From Emiliania huxleyi CCMP1516 (lineage: Eukaryota): a stretch of DNA of 64,000 bases. Numbering within the stretch: position 1 is the stretch's first letter; each line of letters opens with the position of its first letter. Both the position numbers and the translations under genes were made by a program. The DNA lies in NCBI RefSeq assembly GCF_000372725.1, contig NW_005201403.1:325246-389245 (forward strand), given 5' to 3'. The notes under the pieces are model-generated. The model saw only the letters and a program-made list of their open reading frames with translations. It made no database searches and had not been told where the DNA came from. This document shows positions 48,917 through 59,759 of this stretch, one piece after another.

Positions 48917-51900
48917 ATGGCGTGCAACGAACGCCTTGCGAACGGCGCGGAAGGATACGTCGGACTCCCCAACGTCCCGTACTCCCAGTGCGAGGAGTGG
49001 TGCAAAGCCGGCACCGCCCTGGTGCGAGCGATTGCGACTCTACCAGACCCTCCCCACGCTCGCCGGGCCGAATCGCCCTCGCCGCAGCCACCCGATCTCG
49101 CCGCTCCGTCCCCCTCAGGGCATCACCGACCTCGACGTCTGCTCCATCGCGTGGAACAACCCGGTCCCGTGGCGCAAGATCGCGGGCGACTTCGGCGAGG
49201 GCGCCATCATGGACGAGTGGGCGGGGTACGTGCTCGTGCTCGGCTTCGGCGTCTTCTTCTCCATCGTCACCACCATCATGGTCAAGCTCGAGCAGATCTA
49301 CGGCGGCCTCGTCATCTCGTCCGAGCACTTCAACACGGCCGGTCGTAATATCAAGACCGGTCTGACCGCCGCGGTGCGCCACCCCAACCCCACCACCCTT
49401 TAGGGCACGAGCGGTCGGGCTGACGTCCCCTACCCCCTTCCCTCAGGTCATCGTCTCCCAGTGGACGTGGGCCGCCACCCTCCTCCAGTCGTCGAACGTC
49501 GCCTCCAAGTACGGCCTCTCCGGCCCCTTCTGGTACGCGGCGGGCGCCACCGTGCAGATCCTCCTCTTCGGGATCCTCGCCATCGAGATCAAGAAGAAGG
49601 CGCCCAACATGCACACCTTCCTGGAGATGATCGACGTGCGCTGGGGCAAGCTGGCACACCTGACCTTCCTCTTCTTTGCCATCTGCACCAACCTCATCGT
49701 CACGGGCATGCTGCTCCAGGGCGGCGCCGCCGTCGTCAACGCCGCCTCGGGCATGCACATCGTCGCGGCCAACTTCCTCATTCCCGTCGGCGTGATCCTC
49801 TACACGTGGTTCGGCGGCCTCAAGGCCACCTTCCTCGCCTCCTACATCCACACCTCGGTCATCATGATCTGCCTCGTCGTCTTCATCACGTGCGCCACCC
49901 CCCCCCCCCACACACACACACCACCACCACACACCACCACCACCACTCCCCGCCCGAATTCCCCCCTCCCCCAGCCGCCCCGCCCCGCCCCGGCGCCGCC
50001 CACGCCCAACCCCCTCGCCATCCCCACCCGCAGGTACGTCTACGCCGTGCCGGGCGACATCGAGTGCACGTCCGCAACGGAGAAGCAGTGCAACGCGCTC
50101 GGCTCGGCGGCGCTGCTGTGGGAGCGGCTCCGCTTCCTCAACTACCTCCCTGCCAAGACCGCGGGGATGACGTTCCCAGATGGCGCCTACGTGCCGACCG
50201 CGGACGATCCGGGACCGGGCAACTTTGAGAAACTCACGTACACCGAGAAGGACTACCACCACGGCCCCGTCAACGGCAACCGCGGCGGCTCGTACCTCAC
50301 CATGCTCTCCGAGGACGGCCTCAGCTTCGGCGTCGTCAACATCGTCGGCAACTTCGGCACCGTCTTCGTCGACCAGTCCTACTGGCAGTCCGCCATCGCC
50401 GCGCGCCCCTCGTCTGCGCACCGTGGCTACCTGCTCGGAGGCCTCGTCTGGTTCACCATCCCCATGTCGCTCGCCACCGCGCTCGGCCTCTCGTCGCTCG
50501 CGCTCAACGTCAAGATGCCCGCCGACGAGGCCGCCGACGGCCTCGCGCCGCCCGCCGCCGCCATCGTCCTGCTCGGCCAGGGCGGCGGCATCATGATCAT
50601 CATCATGCTCTTCATGGCGCGCGCTTCGACCCATCCACGTCCCCCCTTCCCCCTTCGCCCTTCCCCACACCGCCCCCCCTCGCCGCGCAGGCCATCACCT
50701 CGACCGGCTCCGCCGAGTGCATCGCCGTCGCCTCCCTCTTCGCGTACGACATCTACCGCAAGTACATCAACCCCGAGTGCACCGGCGCCCAGCTGCTCAA
50801 GGTGTCGCGCCTTGTCGTCGTCGGCTACGGCATCGTCTGCGGCCTCTTCGGCTACTTCCTCTACGGCGTGGGCGTCGGCCTCGGCTGGGTCTACAACTTT
50901 ATGGGCAACCCCGCCGCCCCCACCGCTATCCAGTCAGACAGCCCACCCTGCATCCCGCGCCCTCTCGCCCGCTCACCCGTCGCTCACCCGGGCTGTGCCG
51001 CACGGACACGCGCTCAGGCACCATGATCGGCTCCGCCGTCATCCCCGTCTCGTGCTGCATCTGCACGCGCTACATGACCAAGAACGGCGCCATCGCGGGC
51101 GCGTGGGGCGGCATGATCCTCGCCCTCGTCTCGTGGATGTCGGTCGCCGCCTCGCGCTGCACCAACGGCGACGACCCCGACGACCTCGCAGAGGGAGTGG
51201 ACTGCGATACGGGTGCGACGCGACCACTCCCCACCGCCACGCGGCCGCCACGCCGCCACGCCGCCAGCTTGTCGAGCTCACTCCCCTCTGTGCGTCGTCC
51301 GCAGGCAAGCTCAACGTCGACACCCTCGGCAACATCAACGCGCAGACCGCCGGCTCCGTCGTCGCGCTCTGCGTCTCGGGCATCATCGCCTTCCTCGTCG
51401 CGAGCATCGAGTACAAGATGGGCACGGAGCAGCCCTTCGAGTGGGAGAAAATGCGCGAGGGCATCAAGCGCGTCGAGCAGGCGAAACCGCACCCTCCCCC
51501 CCCCCCCTTCCCGCCTCCCCAAAACTTCGCCTCCCGCGCGGCGCCCATTCATCCCCGCCCCGCCCCGGGCAGAACGTGGCAGAGGCCCCTCAGTAGGGCC
51601 CCCCCTCACACGACACCCCTCCTCCCGCCGCGCCTTCCCCTCCGCAGGAGGCGGACGACGTCCCCGAGTACGAGATGACCTCCGAGTACCTCGACCCGGC
51701 CGCAAAGTACGTCTTCAAGTATGGCGTCGGCTACTCGGTCTTCCTCATCTTCGTCTGGCCGCTCGCCGTCATCGCGTGGGGCGTCTTCGACAAGGCCAAC
51801 TACACGCTCTGGGCCTCGGTCGCCTTCTGCTGGGGCTACATCGCCTCGGGCTTCATTGTCGTGCTTCCCATCTACGAGTCGTGGGGCTCGATCTCCAACG

Positions 51901-51947
51901 TGCTGACGTGCAAGAAGGCCACGCCGGCGACGAAGGAGCAGGCTTGA
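48917..51947 (+). CDS. DUR3: Urea active transporter (sodium:solute symporter family), multi-exon
   Basis: [116 protein letters not shown]. Confidence 0.97.
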
Positions 51948-52972
51948 GCCGCGCCCGGCGGCTCGAGAGCCTCCCCCCACTTCCCCCTACCCTCCGTTCC
52001 CCCGCGCCCGACGACCCCGGCGAGAATGGCGGCGCGAGGGCAAGCGCGCGCACCCACAAGCCGCCTCCTCGAGGGCTCGAGTAGAGGCGGCACGTGGGTG
52101 TGCGAGGCGCGCTGGCCTCTGGCCGGAGTGACAGGAGAGCGCGGGGCGTGCACATGCCATGAGGGGGAGGGAGGCGCGGAGGCTCGTGTGTACACTTGTG
52201 GACTGAGTAGTTGCTCGGGGCTTGCCTGTCGCGGGAAGCCGGGGTCAAGGGCGTGGCGCACCCGCACCGGGACTGGACTGTCACGTGTCAGTGCGGAGGT
52301 GGGGGTGTCCGCTGTCTGGCGTCTGCGCGCCGCAGGCGCAACCTCTGAGCGGGGGAAATATAATAGTCGCGACCGAAATAAAAAGCGACCCAAAAAGAAA
52401 ACAGAAACCCCAATCCCCAAACGAGGGATGCACCGGGATAGGAGGAGGACAGGCACAGGGTCCCCACCTGCACGAGCAGGATTTTCATTTTGCTTTTTGG
52501 AAGGACGATCAGGGGCACAGGGACAGGCGCTCACAGGCACATACAGTAGCCATAGCGGGTCAGGCTCAGGGCTGTGGGCTCAGGGGGCTCTCCTCACTCC
52601 TGCACCTACCTGGTACCTGCTCCTGGCAAGACGGACAGCGACAGGCTCGCAGCGCGGTGCTCGGTCGTCGGTGGACTCCTAACTCCACTGGGGTCTCATC
52701 TCAGTCGAGCGACCTGCCTCCAGCTTTCTCGCTGGCAGTCTCTCACTACCACAGGTAGGTAGGACGGCACGCTATGAGCGACACACAGACACACAAACTC
52801 ACAAGACACTCAGCCAGCTGGGCTGCCACACATCCCGAGTGAGCGTACGGCACTACGCCACTCAGGCCACGTCCCCCCTCCCTCGCCCCCCCCCAGCAAC
52901 CACCCACGGTACCACAGGCACACTGACAGGGGCTAGGTTAGGTTAGGTTAGGTAGGAAGGTGAAGAACAGCC

Positions 52973-54732
52973 AATCGTCCGCGCTGCGTTCGCATCGGGT
53001 GCGGCGCCGCCTCCCGGCAGGTTGCGCGCGTGCTCGCGGTGCCACGGCGAGGGCGGGCTGTACACGCGGGGAAAGCGGCGCTCAGGTGGCGCCGCGGCCG
53101 TGATCCGCCGGCCGTGCGCGAACTGCGGCGGCATCGGGCTCGTCGATGGAATGCTGCCTCCGCCGCGACATGAACCGGGGCCCCGGGACCGTGCGTTTGT
53201 CGGCACCGTAGCCATTGCTGGCGGCGGCATCGGCGGCGCCGCAGCGGCGCTGGCGCTGCAGCAGCGCGGTCGTGTATGAGCGCGACTCAAACTTTGACCA
53301 GCGCGCGCAGGGTTACGGCCTCACGATGCAGCAGGGGGCGACTGCGCTGGCGCAACTCGGCCTGCCCAATGAGGGCGTCTTCTCGTATGCCCACTCCTCC
53401 TTCCTACCGGACGGAACGCTCCTCGGGGAGTATGGGCGGGGCGTGCACGAGAGCACGCGCGAGCGGATGGGCAACGGGAGAGGGAAGGCTCAGCGGCGCA
53501 ACGCCCACATCCCGCGGCAGGCTCTGCGGGCGGCGCTTCTCGACCCGCTCCTGCCGGGGACGGTGCGGTGGGGCAAGGCAATCGCTCGCTTTGACGCCGG
53601 CGACTCGGGCGTCATCCTGCACTTTGAGGACGGCTCGCCACCCGAGCGCGCCGCGCTCCTCGTCGGCGCCGACGGGATCCGGTCGCGAGTGCGCGAGCAG
53701 CTGCTCGGCGCGTCACCGCTCGAGTACCTCGGCGTCGTCGTTGTGCTCGGGCGCTCGCGCACGTCTCACGCTGCGGCGAGCGAGCGAGTCTTTCAGACCC
53801 TCGACGGCGACACGCGCCTGTACGTGATGCCGTTCGAGGCCGGCGTTGCGATGTGGCAGCTCTCCTTCCGACTGGGCGAGGCGGAGGCGCGGGCGATTCA
53901 GACCCTAGACGGCGCATCGCTCCGCGCCCTCGCCCTACGCCGGTGCGGAAGCTGGCACGAGCCGAGTCTGCACCCGCGCGGCACTCCCTGCGCCCTTCAA
54001 CGAGCCTCCCAGGGGCCTCTCCGTAGGCACGAGCCGATCCCGCAGCTGCTGCAAGACACCGCGGCCGCGGACATCACCGGCTATCCAGCCTACGACCGGC
54101 CTTGCCCCGCCGCCCTCCGACAGCCCACCTCTGCCGGCGAGGCGCTCGGAGGGCTGGGTGGTGAGGCGGGTGGCGAGGTGCCGCCACCGACGCTTGCCAC
54201 GGAGACACGGGTGCGCGCGCCGGTCGCGGGCGGCGGTGGCGGTCTCACCCTCATCCCCGGTCCCTCGACGCTCCGCTGCCAGGTCACCCTACTCGGAGAC
54301 GCAGCGCACCCGATGTCGCCGTTCAAGGGGCAAGGGGCTAACCAGGCCCCACGTGCCGGGCGTCGCCGACATCGAACGGCGTCGATGCACCCCTCCCTTG
54401 TGCGAACAGGCCCTCCTCGACGGGATCGCCCTCGCCCGCGCCCTTCGCTCCCACGAGCTTCGCGGTGTCGTGCGGCGTTGCGGCCGCGCCAGCGGAGGTT
54501 CCCACTCAGGTCACGCGCTCTCTCTCTCAAGCGACGCGCGGCGCTTTCCATGTTCGAGGCAGACATGCTCGAGCGGGCGCGCCGCAAAGTGCGTGCGTCG
54601 CGCGACGCGGCGGAGCTGCTGCACTCGCCCGAGGCGATGGCAAAGTCGAATTCGACGCGCGCGCGGTCGGCGAGGGACAAGCGGCAGCTCGAATCCACTA
54701 CAGCAGCAGGAGAGGGGCGGGGGGCGGTATAG
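52973..54732 (+). pseudogene. FAD-dependent monooxygenase with N-terminal CxxCxGxG zinc finger; frameshifted and without a start codon
   Basis: CSRCHGEG...CANCGGIG, VAIAGGGIGG, YERD, QGYGLTMQQG, LVGADGIRS, LLGDAAHPMSPFKGQGANQA. The frame breaks at about 53270. Confidence 0.75.
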
Positions 54733-54994
54733 CTTGATTGCTTTTGGCCCCCCCGCTACCCGGTTGCACTCGTGCGACGTAGCTCGTAGGGGGGGGCACA
54801 ACTACGTTCACGAAAACATAAAAAGAAAGAAAGGCGCCGTAAAAGAGGCGGAAAACAGACACTAGAGACAACCCAAGCGGCAAGGGGCACCGCGGGCAAG
54901 CCCCCAGAACGCAGCTCTAAACGCGAGAGGTCGGAGCACGGCACGATGAGAGAAGCTGATTGGCGATTTGATAGAGCTCTAACTGCACTCCAAG

Positions 54995-56710
54995 ATGGCC
55001 GCTTCTCAAGCTTCAGTTCCTCCATCGCCGAGGCTGGAGGACTATGAGATTGGACCGCTCCTCGGACGAGGCGCTTGCGGCGAGGTCCGGCTCGCCTCGC
55101 GGCGGCCGGACGCGGCAGCGAGTTGCGGCGCGGTGCAGCGGTGCGCCGTCAAGGTGATACCGCAAGGCAAGCCTTCATCTGCACGGGACGTCATGTGTGA
55201 GGTGGAGATGCTTCGGCGGTGCTCGCACCCTCACATCCTGCGGCTTCTCTCTGTCTGCGAGGACGGGCCCAACCTTTGCCTGCTCCTCGAGTTTTGCGCG
55301 GGTCCGGACCTGCAGCGGCTGCTCGACCTGCGTGGTGCGCTCCTTGAGGATGAGGCGAAGCGGATCTTTTCGCAGGTCTGCGCCGCACTCTGCCACCTCC
55401 GCGAGCGGCGCATCGTCCATCGCGACGTCAAGCCGGCCAACGTAGCGCTCAAAGCTGCACTGCCCGACGACCGCAGCTCGTCGCTCTCGCGCTGCATCAC
55501 AAAACTGCTCGACTTTGGCTTCGCTCGCGTGATCGATGTCGCGGTGGCCTCCCCCAGGGCGAGGAGGTGGGGCAAGCGGCGCGGCGACCGCTCCGTGCAC
55601 GGAATCGATTCCGGGTCAAAGCACGGCGGCTCCAACTACGGCGGCTCGAAGCACGGCGGCTCCAACTATGGCGGCTCGAAGCACGGCGGATCCGAGTGCG
55701 GATCCACGCACGGCGGCGAGACGACGGTGGAGCTCGAGATGGACGGCTCGCTCGTGTTTGACGGCAGCACGCACTCGGCCGCGTGGCGGGGAGATTCCCC
55801 GAGATTACCCGAGATTACCCGAGATTGCCCGAGATTAGGCAGCACGCACTCGGCCGCGTGGCGGGGAGATTCCCCGAGATTCCCCGAGATTACCCGAGAT
55901 TGCCCGAGATTAGGCAGCACGCACTCGGCCGCGTGGCGGCGCACAACCTACTTGCCGAGGAGCGCGCCGAGCAGCCCGACGGGGCACCGCACCGTCGGCG
56001 AGGTGAGGATGACGCCGCTCGGGACGCGCCACTGGGCGGAGCCGCGGCTGCAGGCGGCGGGCCTGGGCGGCGGCGTCGGCGCGGACGGGCGGCTCGTCAT
56101 GAGCCTCGACGAGGTGGGCCGTCTCCCTCCCCGAGATCATATCTCCCCCATATCTCCCTCATATCTCGTCCTACACGCGAGGAGGCACAGGCCGAGATCA
56201 TATCTCCCCCATATCTCCCTCATATCTCGATGAGGTGGGCCGTTTCCCTCCCCGCCTGGCCCAGCTGCCCTGGCGCGAGGCGGGACCCGCACCGTGCGGG
56301 CTGTAGGCGCTCCAGCTCGACACCTTCTCCCTCTCGCGGCTGCTGCGCTACATGCTCACAGGCGCGGTGGGGAGGCGAGGCGGACCGGAGATCAAGGGAG
56401 CCGGAGCTGCGCCGCGCCCCCGCTGGTAGGCGCGCCGCCCAACCAGACCATCATGGAGGCGCTCGAGGCGCAGGGCATGGCGGGCTGCGGCTGTGCGGCC
56501 GCCCTGGTCGGCAGGCGGCCGCCGGCGAGGCGCGTGGTGCGCGAGCTGAGCGAGGTGAGCCCCGAGGCGCGGGAGGTGCTCGGCGCCCTGTCCCGCGGGG
56601 CGGCCGAGCGCGCCTCCGTCTTCGAGGCGTGCCGACACCGCTGGATTGCGGACGAGAGCGTGCACGGGCGCGCGCGGGGGTATACGAGCGACGAAGGAGC
56701 GGAGAAGTAG
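54995..56710 (+). CDS. Ser/Thr protein kinase with a long insert after DFG, multi-exon
   Basis: LGRGACGEV, AVKVI, HPHILRL, HRDVKPAN, LLDFGFAR, GTRHWAEP, LDTFSL, HRWI. Confidence 0.88.
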
Positions 56711-56999
56711 CAGAGCTTGGGTGCGATGGCGGTGGCTCCTACTCCCGTCCGTGCCCAGTGCTCTGAAGCGCCAGAGAGACTTGATCGACACATCGCCGCC
56801 GCCGTCACCGGGCTCATCGGCTTCCGAGTCGCTTCCTCAAGCGACTGTGCGAATGGCCTGCGAATGGCAATCGATCCGGGTGCTGGACGCCCCTCCATGA
56901 GCAACTCAGTTAGAGATACTGCAACTCAGTTAGAGATACTAATAGAGACACTAATTTATTCACAGCTGCGGCGAGCATGTGCGGTGTGACCCTCGAGCC

Positions 57000-58030
57000 A
57001 ACCCGACCGACCCCCCCCTCGGTCTGCGCTCCGACCGACCGGACCGCCCCTCCGGTCTGCGGTCTTCCGCGGCCGCCGACCGGACCCCCCCTGTGGTCGG
57101 TCGGTCTGCGCTGGGCGCTCAAACCGCGAAGTCGGCTCTGGGCCGGCGCGGGGCCCCCCGGAGGCACCGTGCGCCGCGCCGCAGTGCGGAAACGGGGCTC
57201 CGGCTCTCAGAGTCTCTCAGAGCACCGACTTCCCGAATGATCACGGTTGATCAGAGGGCAGATTTGGAGAGATCTCGAGGAGTACATACAGATAGACCCT
57301 CCAATCATCAGAAAACTCCAACCTGATCGGTCGTACTGACCGCCGACAGATCACTCCAGACAGCAGACAGGCCGACGTCTGCACGCGGCCGGCCGGGCGA
57401 GAGGCTTGACACGATCCGACCCTGCGACCCTGACGCTGCTGCTCTAGCCATCAGCCATGCACTGCTGACTGCTGCCACAATGTGCGACCTGTGCTGGCCC
57501 ACTTGGCGGCCTTCCCGGTCAGTGGTGAGGCGCAGTTCAGAGCTGTCGATGGCGCGATGCCGCACTGGTCCCACATTGGTGACACGAGACCACCAAGTTT
57601 GCCGGTCCAAGAGAGAGGCACCGGCGCTGTCCTGAGAAGGTGCGTGGTCCCTCTTGACTGCCCATGCGCGCGAGGCTGTGTAGGCATAGCCTCGAGAGTG
57701 CCAGCAGCCAATCCGAGGTGACGCGCATTGCGCCAGAAGCGTGCACACGATGGAAGGACACCTTCCTACTGGCCGTACGATCAGGTCGTCACTGAATGCT
57801 TGATACTAAGGCCGCGAGCTATGCAGGTGATCAATTGTGCATCATGGCACGGTCAGCTGCGCCGACAGGCTGTCGCAAGGCGTGATAGCATGGCCGCCGA
57901 ATTCCCATGAAAACAAGTAAAAAATCGCGAAAAAATCGCGAAAAAAGAAAAAATCCCGAAAAAATCGGCGCCTGCGGCGGGCCGTGGGACCCCATCTCCC
58001 CCCCGCATGGACACCCTCTGGGGCCCCCGC
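57000..58030. mobile_element. Putative non-coding repeat element (boundaries uncertain)
   Basis: Contains the copy of 44585-44800, CCGACCGA/TCGGTCGG motifs and A-tract repeats (AAAAAATCGCG) at 57919-57968. Confidence 0.45.
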
Positions 58031-58416
58031 GCCGGCCCAGAGGAAGTCGGCCTGTTCACTACAAGATGACGCTCATATTAAGGAGGCTGCCCTCGCTCGT
58101 CTCAGGAATGTGGCGGTGTCTTTTGAGTCCGGCGCCTCCCGTTCAACTCTTGCTGTCGCCCTCGCTGTGTGTTTGTCGAGCTTCCGCATGAAGTGACGCG
58201 CCTCTTCCTTATTTCCAGCGCAGCTGCCGCTCAGTATGTGCGCCAACGACGCCTGTGGTGGCTCACTGTCTTCTTGTTTCCAGTCGTCCCAGTCTCTCAG
58301 TTCCCCGCGTCTCCTCCTTGCCTCGCGCGCCTCTTTTCTGGCATGTCCGAAGGCACATGCCAGTTGAATTCTTCATTTTAGCGCCAGTGCCGCTCGAAAC
58401 TCGCTCCCGTCCCTAG

Positions 58417-59721
58417 TGTCTATCTGTAGGAGTGACTTCAAGAAGTCACTTAGTGACTTCTCGAAGTCACTCGCCCCCGCGCGCACAGTACGTGCTCTAG
58501 CGGCCGGCCCGTGCACCGTGCGAGCCCCCGCGGACTCGGCCCCAGTCGGGCCGCGACGGGAGAGGCTCTTAGAGCAGCTTGGCGGCGTTCACTTGGAGCA
58601 CTTGCAATGAAATTGTTTTCTCCTTCCTCGAGACGATTGCTGTGTACGCTGGAGCGCTCGTCCCCGCGGGCAAGAGGCGATATACGGCGCTGCCTCCGCA
58701 CCGCTACGCGATGACACAAGCGACGCAATCCCGGCGACATGCAGGCACCCAATGCTGTGCCGGAGGCTGACTGGTCGAGGCAAGCGACCTCGTCGTGGCT
58801 CTTCCACGCGCCGCCGCTTCTCGTGTGGACAGCTGGTTCGGCTCGGACGCAGTGGACAAGAGGACCACCACATTCGCTGGCACACCGCGGCCGACGCTGT
58901 CTGCGCTCCCACGCAAGCGCCGGTATCCAAATCGAATGCATGCGTTACTGCGCTTACTGCGCGCCGCCGCCTACCTCAGACTCTCAATACCAATGCGCAC
59001 GCTCCGGCATCGACTACATTGGTCTGCGCGAATTCGAGGCGCCGTGCGACGTTTGAGGCGGACAGCCCTAGGCGACACGGCGTCTGTGCTCGTGTTGATT
59101 GTGCTCGTGTTCAAGCAAGAAGCATCAGTGCGGGTACATGCGGTCCTACCACTGCACACAGTGCTTCCCGGACCCGAGCCAGGTTGGCTACGCGATCTGC
59201 AGCCCTGTCGGGACAAAAGCTGGCGACCCTCACCGGCTTTGCCAAGCACCTGCTCGAAGAGGAGCCGTCGCATCGGGCACAGCAGCGCCCCCCCGCCGCG
59301 ACGCGGCGATCGTCCATCGCCGTACCGGCGACCTGAGCCTGCGCCTGCGCCGGCAGCGGCGGCGCCGGCCGCCGCGGCGCCGGCAGCCGCAGTGCCCCGT
59401 GCGCGCCGCCGCATCATCTAGAGGTGAGACGGGGTGAGTGGCGAGTGTGCGGCGGCCGGAGGGCGCGTCAGACGACCGCGAGGGCGGCCCACATGCGGAG
59501 TGACTTTTAGAAGTCACCCCGTTTCGGGCGTCTCACCGGCGTACTTGAGGTGCTTCAGACGGACGCAGGGCTGTCGGCAAGGTGGGTGAGTGTCTAGGGG
59601 TCATCTCTAGGCTGGTTAGCCTTGATTTTGATCAAAGATCGGCGCAAGAAACGGTCGCGATGCCTCGTGTGAACGCTTGGAAGAGTGACTTCTCGAAGTC
59701 ACTCGGTCCTACGGAGAGACA
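58417..59721 (+). mobile_element. TIR DNA transposon (piggyBac-like, degenerate) with CTAG target-site duplication
   Basis: TIRs TGTCTATCTGTAGGA and TCCTACGGAGAGACA match at 13/15. CTAG lies on both sides (58413-16, 59722-25). Four subterminal GTGACTTYnnGAAGTCAC palindromes. Broken Cys-rich coding remnant inside. Confidence 0.8.
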
Positions 59722-59759
59722 CTAGCTGCGCAACCCTGAGCCGAGCTCCAGTTTGCTCA

